Part shown: positions 1-8,848 of the stretch, one piece after another
How positions within the stretch are numbered: position 1 is the first letter of the stretch
Layout of the letters: every line of letters starts with the position of its first letter
Virus record (IMG/VR): IMGVR_UViG_2919015088_000005
Coordinates: 12,365-76,364 of that record
DNA: 64,000 nt
Source of the DNA: a virus
Reading direction: 5' to 3' (one strand)
The notes under the pieces: generated by a model
The model's input: the letters and a program-made list of their open reading frames with translations, nothing else
Database searches by the model: none
Told to the model about the DNA's origin: nothing
Translations under genes and position numbers: made by a program

Positions 1-309
1 GTGCCGTGTTGCTCGCTCCCTGAAAATGTTGATCAGGATTCGGCTGCGGTAGCTTGCATCCAACTGGCCAGAAAGCCTGATTAGGCCGCCGCCAAAGAAG
101 TCGAGCCCGATCATGTCGAGCCATCCATCCGTGGCCGTCTTGATGCGGGTCTGCGCCTGCGCGTATAGATAGAGGGTAAAGCCCCATGACAGCGCCTGCG
201 CGTAACCCCATAGCAAAGCATCGCGCACCGGGTTGTTGTCAGCGAACCATCCGAGAGGGAGTAGGCTTTTCAGCCGTTCGAACATGTCGCTTTGGTCGCC
301 AACACTCAT
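1..309 (-). CDS. Baseplate wedge protein, partial (runs off the window)
   Basis: My translation from ATG at 309 reads MSVGDQSDMFERLKSLLPLGWF...DGWLDMIGLDFFG...YRSRILINIFRERATR; it directly follows baseplate J. Confidence 0.7.
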   Translation of the reverse strand, partial: MSVGDQSDMFERLKSLLPLGWFADNNPVRDALLWGYAQALSWGFTLYLYAQAQTRIKTATDGWLDMIGLDFFGGGLIRLSGQLDASYRSRILINIFRERATRH

Positions 310-1437
310 TTAAGCCACCATCACTGTGCCTGGTCGGATGACCTGTTTATTGGTTGCGGCCAGGTCAGCCGTGCTTCCGTTCAAAAGCACCGCTGAAACG
401 TTGGTGATGGCCGGCGTGACGCCATATGCAACTGCGGCGAGCTGCGTATAGGGAAGGATTTGCCCTAGCGCCAGGCTGGATATGTAAGCCTGAATCGCGG
501 CGACCACCTGGGCAACGACAACGCTATGCACAACCGTGGAGTCGGTGGCAATCGTCATCCCAACGTTTGCTGTCACCAGCACCGGGGGAAACACCCCGTA
601 CCGCGTAGTGAATGCCCTGGCCGATTCGATAGCAGCACCTGCGTTTACCAAAAATGACCCGGGTGGCGCCCCGCTACCATCGTCCACCACCGCATAGAAG
701 TAACCGTAAAGAAGATTGCCGCTGTAGTCCTGATTCTCGGTCAGCGTGTAGCTGACGCCCTGCTGCATGGACGACAGCGCGTACTGGATGGCGGCTTTCG
801 TGCCTTTCGACAGAGACTGCACCCAGAGAACGAAGCGAGCACGGAATGGAGTGTCTTCCTCCTGATCAACGCCGCCAGCAAACACCGCGCCGTTGGCCAC
901 GGTGTCAATTCCGCTGATACTGCCGACAATAACCGTGACGGTGCCGATCAGGGCGTTCCCGGCAGCACCTGCGGTACTCGCCACCACCGGGACAGTGGCA
1001 GACGCCGTACCGGCTGGAATCAGATACCCACCAAGGCCGGCGTTGTACATCGCGTTGGTCGTGTCGATCGTGACCGTGTACTGCTGCGAGCCGTCGGTAG
1101 ATCCCACAATCGCGCCGATCGGAACTAGAGCGGAGATCGTAGGCGTGAACCTGGAGTAAGTGACACTGCCAGTCGCGAAGCTCGCGGACAGCCGGTAAAA
1201 GCCAAAGTCTGCCATCCAGCTATCCAGATCTGGGCCAGACGACGTGGAGGCGCGCGTGGTTGCCAGCAGCGTGACGATCAACTGCTGCAGCCACTGCAAG
1301 ATACTGGCGTTGCTTTCGGCGCAGGCGCGCAGCAGGGAGCCGATAGTGAAGTCAACCAGACCGGCGGCGCGGCCCTGGATCGCCGTCACCTGGTCCCGTA
1401 CCAGCGTGGTGAAGTCCTTGATATTGAGCGATGCCAT
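310..1437 (-). CDS. Baseplate J-like protein
   Basis: 375 aa; J-like signature GGVDQEEDTPFRARF; position in baseplate module. Confidence 0.85.
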   Translation of the reverse strand: MASLNIKDFTTLVRDQVTAIQGRAAGLVDFTIGSLLRACAESNASILQWLQQLIVTLLATTRASTSSGPDLDSWMADFGFYRLSASFATGSVTYSRFTPTISALVPIGAIVGSTDGSQQYTVTIDTTNAMYNAGLGGYLIPAGTASATVPVVASTAGAAGNALIGTVTVIVGSISGIDTVANGAVFAGGVDQEEDTPFRARFVLWVQSLSKGTKAAIQYALSSMQQGVSYTLTENQDYSGNLLYGYFYAVVDDGSGAPPGSFLVNAGAAIESARAFTTRYGVFPPVLVTANVGMTIATDSTVVHSVVVAQVVAAIQAYISSLALGQILPYTQLAAVAYGVTPAITNVSAVLLNGSTADLAATNKQVIRPGTVMVA

Positions 1438-1438
1438 A

Positions 1439-1804
1439 TCAGCGATTTACCTCAAACGAGAGCGTAACCGGCTCGCCAAGCGGCGCATCGGTGTAGCTGA
1501 TAGTCACGGAAAGGGTCTCGTTGTCAGTCGAGACAGAAATGATCGGCGCCGGCTTTTTCGCCACGCAGTCTTCAAGCAGGATCTGCCCGCGAATCAGGGC
1601 GATGATCTCGGGGATGTTGGTCAGTGCGCCGACGTATCGGCCCAGGCCGGCGCCGTACTCTGTGTGGAATAGGTAGTCGCCGGGGTTGGTGATCAGGCGT
1701 CGAAGGATTCGCTGCTTTCCACGCTCGATGCCCTCCACAGTCGAGAGGCTGCCCGTCGGCGACAGCGACAGGTCGCCACCGGCGTAATGATTCAGGTCTT
1801 TCAT
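1439..1804 (-). CDS. Baseplate wedge/sheath initiator (gp25/W-like)
   Basis: 121 aa; QRILRRLITNPGDYLFHTEYGAG motif; lies between spike and J. Confidence 0.8.
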   Translation of the reverse strand: MKDLNHYAGGDLSLSPTGSLSTVEGIERGKQRILRRLITNPGDYLFHTEYGAGLGRYVGALTNIPEIIALIRGQILLEDCVAKKPAPIISVSTDNETLSVTISYTDAPLGEPVTLSFEVNR

Positions 1805-2382
1805 GGTGTGGGCGCCCCGCCGGTTCCGGTGCCGGGCTGCACCAGACTCGTTCTGTGAAGTTTCAAGCTGATCGTGTCGGCTTTGACGTCGCCGCCGGTG
1901 ACCACTATGCCGGTCGAGTCGGTAACGGTGAGGGTGTGATCCATCGTTACCGGGCCGCCCGTAAACTGGTGGGCCGGGGCGTCATAGCTGATTGCTACAG
2001 CGGAATGCAGCGTTACGGTGCCGTCGGAGTTGAACTTGAGCAGGGAGCCGGACTGGTGAACCATCCAGATTTCCCCAGAAGGCACTGGCATCGGCAGGTT
2101 CAGCGAGTTGGTGTGGCGCGCAGTTACCTTGCCGAGGTTCGGGTCTGACGAATCGAACGAAACCGTCACCTCATCGCCTATCTGCGGGCCGATCTGCACG
2201 CCCCAGCCGTTGCCGACACCTGGACAGTCCAGCTTGATCCAGTTCGTCTCGCGGCCTTCGGGCTGGATGGCGACTTTCACGGCGCCATTGTCTTTGTCGT
2301 AGCTGGTGATGGTCCCGGTGCGTGGGCCAGTGCCGTCATCGCCGAGGCGCTGCCTGGCCGCATTCATGAGGTTGTCGATCAT
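1801..2382 (-). CDS. Baseplate spike (gpV-like)
   Basis: OB-fold N-terminus (GPQIGDEVTVSF), beta-repeat body, LKLHRT metal-binding tip. Confidence 0.85.
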   Translation of the reverse strand: MIDNLMNAARQRLGDDGTGPRTGTITSYDKDNGAVKVAIQPEGRETNWIKLDCPGVGNGWGVQIGPQIGDEVTVSFDSSDPNLGKVTARHTNSLNLPMPVPSGEIWMVHQSGSLLKFNSDGTVTLHSAVAISYDAPAHQFTGGPVTMDHTLTVTDSTGIVVTGGDVKADTISLKLHRTSLVQPGTGTGGAPTP

Positions 2383-3485
2383 GGCTGCACCAGTGAGTTT
2401 GGGTTATGGTTCTTGGCCGTCAGACTCATTGTGTAGCCGGCGTCAAAGCTCATCGAGCGGCGCACCGCATCGACGTAATAGAGCTGATCGAACCCGGAGC
2501 CCGTGCCTTCCTGGCGCACGATAGTGTTCGGCATGAGCAGGTTGTCGCCCGGCATTGAGCAGGACATGCGCATTTCATGGTCGGTGATTTGCTTGTGGAT
2601 CTTCTGGGCCAGTTGCACCGCCTGGGCCTTGTCCAGGCCATTGCGCTTGATCTCGTAGACCTGGCGCTTCGACGTGGATTGGCCTGGCGAAATACCCTTG
2701 GCTGAGTTGTTCGGGTACGTCGCGGTGACCGTATTCCCATCCTTGTAGGAGATGACCTGAACTGTCACGCCAAGGGCCAGCGTCAGATCACGCTCGAAGG
2801 TGATGTCGTCGGCCGTGTTCGACTGCGGGTAGTGGTAGGCATTCGGCTGAACCCAGCGGATCACGTACTGGTCGGTGGTCTGCGGGTCGAGCGCCGGCTC
2901 GTAGTGCAGCTCATTTCCTGAAACATAGACTTGGAACCCGTCAAGACCGGCGAAATAGGCCAGCGCATCCCACTCGGTGCGCTCGTCAGTGACGTGCGCA
3001 TGGTCCCACTTGGTGATACCGCCGACCTGCGTTGTGGTTGAGGTGACGACCGGCTTGAGGCCGCGCCGGGTAGCAAGCAACGTGGCCACCTGGCTGGTGG
3101 TCATGTTGGCGAATTTCTCGTTGGTCTTGTGATCGATGAAACGGCTGGTGTAGTCCCGTCCGCTGATAGAGACCTCAAACTTCGCCGGGTGGATAGATAG
3201 GTGATCCACGGCGCCGACGATCAGCTCCTTCCAGTCCTGCATCCCCTGATTGATCAGGCCGGCCCAGATCGAGACGTCAATCGAGGTCTGCGAGCCCCAC
3301 CAATTCATGGTGTTGTACGGCGCAGGAAGGTCGCTCATCACCAACACGACCGAGAAAGTATCGGCCGAGTAGAAGGCGTTACTGTCGACATCGAACGAGT
3401 AGAACGGCACATGGACACCGTTCAGCAGCAGGCGGCCGGCCACCTGCCGGACAAGCTGCTCCGTCTCCTTGGTATTCAGGTCCAC
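2379..3485 (-). CDS. Baseplate hub (gpD/gp44-like)
   Basis: 368 aa; ISGRDYTSRFIDHK; typical position. Confidence 0.75.
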   Translation of the reverse strand: MDLNTKETEQLVRQVAGRLLLNGVHVPFYSFDVDSNAFYSADTFSVVLVMSDLPAPYNTMNWWGSQTSIDVSIWAGLINQGMQDWKELIVGAVDHLSIHPAKFEVSISGRDYTSRFIDHKTNEKFANMTTSQVATLLATRRGLKPVVTSTTTQVGGITKWDHAHVTDERTEWDALAYFAGLDGFQVYVSGNELHYEPALDPQTTDQYVIRWVQPNAYHYPQSNTADDITFERDLTLALGVTVQVISYKDGNTVTATYPNNSAKGISPGQSTSKRQVYEIKRNGLDKAQAVQLAQKIHKQITDHEMRMSCSMPGDNLLMPNTIVRQEGTGSGFDQLYYVDAVRRSMSFDAGYTMSLTAKNHNPNSLVQP

Positions 3486-4469
3486 TTATTCACCTACTGG
3501 GATTTTGATGGTCTGGATGCCGTCGAGGCGCGGGTCGGTGATGCTGTTAGCCGCGGCGATCTCGGTCCATCTGGACTGGTCGCCATAGGCGTCGGCTGCG
3601 ACTTTCTGCAAGCTGCTGTTGCTGGTGGTGACGCTCGACGTGCCGTTGGCCAGCGGCCCGGACAGGACATTCTTCTGCATCCGGTCAAGCACGCTTTGCA
3701 TCTGATACAGCGGCGCGAGCTGGGTCAGTGCGGCGCTCTGGCGCAGGACGTTGTTGGCGGCGCGCGCCACCGGGTTGCCTGGAACCAGGCCGCCCAGGGT
3801 CGTGATGTCGTTCACCGACGCCCCTACCTGGGCAATTACCGACTGGACGACCGCCTGCGCGGCAACGAGCGGCCGGATAACCGTCTGGATCGTGTCGATA
3901 GTTGCGTTGGCGAAGCCCTGCACCTGCGAAACGGCACTTTTCACGGTGTCGATCGCCGTGCTGACCGCGCTGGAGTTGATGATGCTGGCCAGGCCAAGCG
4001 ATTCGCCAACGTCGCTGTTGATCAGCGCATCCAGGGTGCCAGCCAGTGCGTTTTCGGTGATCGGAGTGTCAAGGCTCTCTACAATGAGCAAGTCGATGCT
4101 GTAGTAGCGCCGATAGACGTGTTCAAACTCATGGTTGAAAGACTGGATGACCACGCTGTAGTAGTAGCCGTCAATGCTGAACGCCAGTGGCGCACCGACG
4201 TTACGCAGGGTTTCAAGTGCGGTGACCCGCTCCCCCGCCGTCGCACCGGTCATCCACCCAGACCACGACAGGTTGTCGTAGTCCACGCCGAGCACATCAA
4301 CAATCCGCTTGCCGCCTACCAGCTTATGTACCACCAACTGCTGCTTTGCACCAAGCTTTAAGGATGGAGGAACCTCAAGACCGGTGAATTCCACGTCGCC
4401 CACTATCAGGCGTGTGGCAAAGGGGTCCCCGCCCGGAGCAAAGTTGTCCAGGAATTCAGTGAAGCTCAT
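3486..4469 (-). CDS. Tail tube initiator-like protein with C-terminal LysM-like domain
   Basis: C-terminal SLQKVAADAYGDQSRWTEIAAANSITDP; follows the tape measure gene. Confidence 0.7.
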   Translation of the reverse strand: MSFTEFLDNFAPGGDPFATRLIVGDVEFTGLEVPPSLKLGAKQQLVVHKLVGGKRIVDVLGVDYDNLSWSGWMTGATAGERVTALETLRNVGAPLAFSIDGYYYSVVIQSFNHEFEHVYRRYYSIDLLIVESLDTPITENALAGTLDALINSDVGESLGLASIINSSAVSTAIDTVKSAVSQVQGFANATIDTIQTVIRPLVAAQAVVQSVIAQVGASVNDITTLGGLVPGNPVARAANNVLRQSAALTQLAPLYQMQSVLDRMQKNVLSGPLANGTSSVTTSNSSLQKVAADAYGDQSRWTEIAAANSITDPRLDGIQTIKIPVGE

Positions 4470-4472
4470 CGG

Positions 4473-6497
4473 TTATCCCCTTGGTAAGGCTGTGCTGGGG
4501 GTGCCAGGCATCAACATGCTGCGGCTTGGGTCAAAGCCCTGGGTGCCTGTGCGCGGGCGCATGGCTTCCTTGGCTGCCCGCTGAATGACTACGTCGGTCA
4601 GCTTCTTGCCATCCAAGTACAGGTTGATGTTCTGCTCGCCACCGCCTGATTGCTTGCTCGGCACCGGTGCGACCATTGGTGACCACGCTTCCTTGGGCTT
4701 GCCGCTGTTGCGGTAGTCGTCGGCGAACGTGGTCTTCGAGATCTGCATCGACGCCGGCAGGATGGCGTTGGCCCCGGCAATCAGCGTATTGAAGATCGTC
4801 TGCCAGCCTGTCATGAACACCAGCGCGAAGGACTTGAAGGCCCCGCCGATGTCGCCATGGAACAGCTGAACAAAGCCTGTCTTCATGTCTCCCCACATCA
4901 GCTTCAGCGCTCCGCTGATCTCTGCCCAGTTGTTCCAAAGCAGGAACGCCGCGGCGGCGATAGCAGTGATGACCAGGCCGATAGGGTTCATGAGCAGCGC
5001 GCGGCCAAGGAACATCACGGCCTTTCCTGCGTTCATGATGAACATCACCAGGTAGGTTCCCATCCTGGCAATGAACGGGATCAGCGGAGCCAAAGCCCGA
5101 CCGCCCAGGAACATCATCGCCTGGCCCAGCAGGAAGAACCCGCGGCCGGCAGCAATGACCATGTTGATCAGGCCGCCGGTGATCAGGAATGCCGACAATC
5201 CCATGAATGCGTATGTAAGCGCCTTGACCTTGCCGGGGTTGGCGTCGATCCAGACGGTCAGGTTCTTGATGGCGTTATTGAGACCGTCCACGGCCCTGAT
5301 AGCCAGCGGGAGGATCACGTCGCCGAGCTTGAGCTGCAGATCGAGCCACTTCTTACCCAGCTCGATTTCTTTACCCGTCAGGGTGTTCTTGGCGTTCTTC
5401 TCGAGCTCATCGATGCCGGCGGCCCCGCTGTTCAGCTTATAGTTCTTTGCCATTGCGATTTGTTGCGTGTACATCGTTGAATAGAGCTGAGAGGCAGTCC
5501 TGTTGGTAAAAATCGCGCCTATCTCGTTAAGCACGTCTTGGCGCCCTGTAATGCCTTTGCTCGCAAATGCGGGCAGCATTACTGTCTGCATCCACTTCAT
5601 AGGGTCGGCGATCATCAGATCACCGCCCTTAACGGCCCCAGGCTTAACCTGCTTGATGTTTCCGATTTTGTCGTAATCGACCATTTTCGGATCAAGCATG
5701 CCGATACGCATCAGCTCGTTGGCTGCGCGCTGGGTGGTGCGGCCTTGTACCAAGTTCTGATAGGCAGACATCAGGCCGGTGCCGACGCGCTGGCCGCCCA
5801 TCTCTTGGATCAGCGGCTCCATCCCATAGTAAAAGTTTTCATCCTTGATGCCCTTGGCTGCCACACCACCAGTCTTGATGAAGTTCAGGAATTCGTTAGC
5901 GCCGACTCGGCCGCCGGTCGCCGTCTGAACTTGCTGAACCATGTTTGCTTGCTTGTAGAATGCTTGCTCGCTGGCCAGGCCGCCTCGCAGCTCGATGACC
6001 TTCAGCATGTCCATGAAGGCCTTATCCTTCATGGCGCCGCCCTCGTCGCCGTAGAGCGCGGCGTTGGCGAACTTCATCTTCGCCAGGAGCGGAGTCACCA
6101 TCTGCGCTTCGTGGAAGTCGCCGAAAACAGTCTGAGCGTCACGCAGCAGCCCCAGGTTTTCACGGATGCTGGTGCCGTAAGTGTTCATGCCGCTGGCAAA
6201 CTTCACCGCGTCGGCGGTGACCTTGTCGCCCAGGCCGAGCGAGCGGAAGCGCTCCGTCTCGTTTTGGAATTTCTTCGCTTCATCGAGCGGCCCCTTGAGC
6301 ATCGAGGCCAGGCCCAGGCCGCCGGCGAACATCGCCGCGCCGATTGCGCCTTGCTTGCCGATCGATGCCAGCTTGGCATTCAGCTTGTCGACGTCGCCAC
6401 CGGTGGAGGCCAGGCTTTTGCTGATCATGGCCATGCCAGCACTTACGTGGTTGATCAACGACAGCTTGACAGCGACGGAGTACGCCTCAAATGCCAT
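4473..6497 (-). CDS. Tape measure protein
   Basis: 674 aa, Ala/Gly-rich helical protein with hydrophobic segments, downstream of the tail chaperones. Confidence 0.85.
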   Translation of the reverse strand: MAFEAYSVAVKLSLINHVSAGMAMISKSLASTGGDVDKLNAKLASIGKQGAIGAAMFAGGLGLASMLKGPLDEAKKFQNETERFRSLGLGDKVTADAVKFASGMNTYGTSIRENLGLLRDAQTVFGDFHEAQMVTPLLAKMKFANAALYGDEGGAMKDKAFMDMLKVIELRGGLASEQAFYKQANMVQQVQTATGGRVGANEFLNFIKTGGVAAKGIKDENFYYGMEPLIQEMGGQRVGTGLMSAYQNLVQGRTTQRAANELMRIGMLDPKMVDYDKIGNIKQVKPGAVKGGDLMIADPMKWMQTVMLPAFASKGITGRQDVLNEIGAIFTNRTASQLYSTMYTQQIAMAKNYKLNSGAAGIDELEKNAKNTLTGKEIELGKKWLDLQLKLGDVILPLAIRAVDGLNNAIKNLTVWIDANPGKVKALTYAFMGLSAFLITGGLINMVIAAGRGFFLLGQAMMFLGGRALAPLIPFIARMGTYLVMFIMNAGKAVMFLGRALLMNPIGLVITAIAAAAFLLWNNWAEISGALKLMWGDMKTGFVQLFHGDIGGAFKSFALVFMTGWQTIFNTLIAGANAILPASMQISKTTFADDYRNSGKPKEAWSPMVAPVPSKQSGGGEQNINLYLDGKKLTDVVIQRAAKEAMRPRTGTQGFDPSRSMLMPGTPSTALPRG

Positions 6498-6528
6498 AAT
6501 GAGCTTTCCTTTTGTGGTGTTGGATCAC

Positions 6529-6726
6529 ATGGCAAATAATCAGCGCACGTATCAGTGGGTGAATGGCCGGATTCATGACGTGGACGCGATGGAGGCGCCG
6601 AGGCGTCAGGGAATGGGTATCCAGACGGGCCTACTCGTGTTCACTCTCAGCAGCCTGGTGATGATCTTTGCCGGCGGCGCGCTGGCAGTCGTCGCAGTCG
6701 TCCTCTACTCAGTCCTTTTCGGGTGA
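6529..6726 (+). CDS. Small membrane protein (moron)
   Basis: MANNQRTYQWVNG... 65 aa with a hydrophobic C-terminal half; opposite strand to the tail operon. Confidence 0.55.
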   Translation: MANNQRTYQWVNGRIHDVDAMEAPRRQGMGIQTGLLVFTLSSLVMIFAGGALAVVAVVLYSVLFG

Positions 6727-6729
6727 ACT

Positions 6730-7197
6730 ATGAATAAATGGATTTTTCTGCTGTCTATAACTGCCGCTTCAATGGCTAGCGCTGCGGATATGAGCAAGAC
6801 TTGCCTGGTCGCAACATGCAACCCCGGCGATAAAGCAGTCACATACTCGACAAAAAGTGATTTTTTCTACGCTTGCCAGACTAGAGAGCTTTCTGAATAC
6901 ACAAACACAGCAATTGGTATTGCGGCCGTTATGTATCAACTAACCGGGAAGCTGCCAAACATCTCGCCAGAGACTGGGGATCCAGAGCTTGAGGGTGAGA
7001 ATGGCGAGCTAATCGCCACGTTGCGATCCAAGGCAAAAGTTTCAACTTTTGACGAGGCGCTTCAAAGGTGCGAGATAGGCAAAAATAAGCAGAACGTATT
7101 GATTATGAACAACCCAGAGGACTCCCATTCAATCTGGGTTTCGACTCAGGGAAAGAGCGCTTTTTGGATGCCTAAAGGCTTCCTAAATAAGCGCTAA
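6730..7197 (+). CDS. Exported protein of unknown function (moron)
   Basis: Signal peptide MNKWIFLLSITAASMASA; 4 Cys; AT-richer than its flanks; antisense to the late operon. Confidence 0.7.
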   Translation: MNKWIFLLSITAASMASAADMSKTCLVATCNPGDKAVTYSTKSDFFYACQTRELSEYTNTAIGIAAVMYQLTGKLPNISPETGDPELEGENGELIATLRSKAKVSTFDEALQRCEIGKNKQNVLIMNNPEDSHSIWVSTQGKSAFWMPKGFLNKR

Positions 7198-7679
7198 ATT
7201 TTGCCGTCGTACCCAAGCGATGCGTGGATCGCCTGGCCGCCGATCAACCCTGCTACCGTCGCGGCGCCCAGCGTGCGGCGGATGAACTCCTTATTCGTCA
7301 GCAGTGCTGGCCCCATAACTGGGCGCGCCGGCATTTTTGGCGTTCCAAACTCGTGAAAGACCATCTTGGGATCGGTTGATCCGATGACAGCCTCAAGGAT
7401 GCTGGTGGTATGCGTGAAGCTACCTTGCATCTCGCCACTAGCCAGTAGTGGCGCATCGGCTGGATAGCCCATCTTCGCCTTGTGCTCTTCAGTAGACTCG
7501 GCAAGATCAGCCCAGGCCGGGAAAGGGCCAATACCTGCCTGGTAATGGCCGATCTCAGCCTTGGCGGTCTGCTCCACCCTCTTTGCGCACTTCTCCAGCC
7601 CGGCGTGCAGGCTGGCAAGTAGCGCCGCCTCTTGCCCAGCCATATGCAGCGCCAGGCTGCCCAGGTCTTTGAAGTCCAT
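7194..7679 (-). CDS. HK97 gp10-like tail completion protein
   Basis: VFHEFGTPKMPARPVMGPAL motif. Confidence 0.75.
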   Translation of the reverse strand: MDFKDLGSLALHMAGQEAALLASLHAGLEKCAKRVEQTAKAEIGHYQAGIGPFPAWADLAESTEEHKAKMGYPADAPLLASGEMQGSFTHTTSILEAVIGSTDPKMVFHEFGTPKMPARPVMGPALLTNKEFIRRTLGAATVAGLIGGQAIHASLGYDGKI

Positions 7680-7682
7680 GGA

Positions 7683-7874
7683 TCAATCCTTCTTGTCGAA
7701 CTGCATGCTGTGCCAGTTCCAGACGCCAGATCCCTCAAATTCAGAGAACAGGATGGAGAAGGCGAAGCGCTCGTAGTCTTCCAGCGGCCCGCACTCAAAC
7801 AAGCGATCGAATGGAACCCCGTTTTTCACCAGCCAACAATCCCGGCGAAACTCGGGGTTCGTTGCTAGTTTTTT
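7683..7874 (-). CDS. Tail assembly chaperone C-terminal extension reached by -1 frameshift
   Basis: Slippery A AAA AAC (7868-7874) just before the chaperone stop; the -1 frame is open to TGA at 7683 (LATNPEFRRDCWLVKNGVPFD...KKD). Confidence 0.7.
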   Translation of the reverse strand, partial: KKLATNPEFRRDCWLVKNGVPFDRLFECGPLEDYERFAFSILFSEFEGSGVWNWHSMQFDKKD

Positions 7875-8272
7875 GCTGCGGCCTGCTCGGCGCTAAGCCC
7901 TTCCTTAAGTGCTTTGGCATCTGCTTCAGCCTTGGCAGCCTTGTACTTCTCTTCGAAGTGATCGTTGATGGCTGCCATACCCTCTTCGCCAAGCTCCTGA
8001 AGCACCGCTTCGATCTGCTTGTTGGTCTGCGGCAGGCCGAATGGGGTGTCGTCGATATAGACGACCATGGCGGCAGGCAGTGCGAAGCCGGACATGTAGG
8101 TCTGGTTGCCGGCGATATCACCGCCGACGGCCATAACGATTCGGCCTTGCTCCAGCGGGCCCAGCTTACGAAGCTGAATGGTACGGCCGCGGCTGTCCTG
8201 AATCGTGGTGAACTTGGGTTTCTGGTCAACGTGGACCGGTGCAGCGGATTCGGTAACGGTCAATTTAGCCAT
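7865..8272 (-). CDS. Tail assembly chaperone
   Basis: 135 aa between tube and tape measure genes; ends at a slippery site. Confidence 0.75.
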   Translation of the reverse strand: MAKLTVTESAAPVHVDQKPKFTTIQDSRGRTIQLRKLGPLEQGRIVMAVGGDIAGNQTYMSGFALPAAMVVYIDDTPFGLPQTNKQIEAVLQELGEEGMAAINDHFEEKYKAAKAEADAKALKEGLSAEQAAAKN

Positions 8273-8365
8273 GGGTAAAGCCTCTGGTCAGTGAGTCGTC
8301 AAGGAGCATGGCGTGCGGGGTGACGAGTCCCGCGCCCTGCGAGCCGGGCTGCCATGCAAACAGGG

Positions 8366-8803
8366 TCAAACCTTGAGGCGACGGCGGGCGGTGAAGGACA
8401 TCGACTGACGGATCGTCTTGTCGCCTTCTTTCTTGCCGGCATCCTCAAACTTCAGGATTACGTGGGTGTAGCGCCAGGTAGTGACACCGCCGCCGACTTC
8501 CTGGATGGTTTCGGTGATGGTTGCCGGGTTCTGGTTGACGCCGGCGTAATAGTCACTTTCGAACTGCGCCCACCAGTCATCGAGGGTCGAGTCGACGCGC
8601 TCGGCTTCGAAGGTGCCGGACCAGCCTTTCGGGATCATCAACTCGTCGGTCAAGCCGTTGAGCGGGGTGATCTCGTTGTTGGTCACCTTCGGCTTGGCGT
8701 CGAAGTTCATGATTTTCGGCAGCCGGATCGGGCCGTATGGGGTGTTGATGTCGATCGCGACGTCTTTCCCCGTGTTGTATCCACCTTGCATGGCGTTCTC
8801 CAA
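8366..8803 (-). CDS. Tail tube protein
   Basis: 145 aa directly after the sheath gene. Confidence 0.8.
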   Translation of the reverse strand: MENAMQGGYNTGKDVAIDINTPYGPIRLPKIMNFDAKPKVTNNEITPLNGLTDELMIPKGWSGTFEAERVDSTLDDWWAQFESDYYAGVNQNPATITETIQEVGGGVTTWRYTHVILKFEDAGKKEGDKTIRQSMSFTARRRLKV

Positions 8804-8848
8804 ACGAAAAACCCGGCTCTAGGCCGGGCTTGATAGTGGTTTCGTCGC

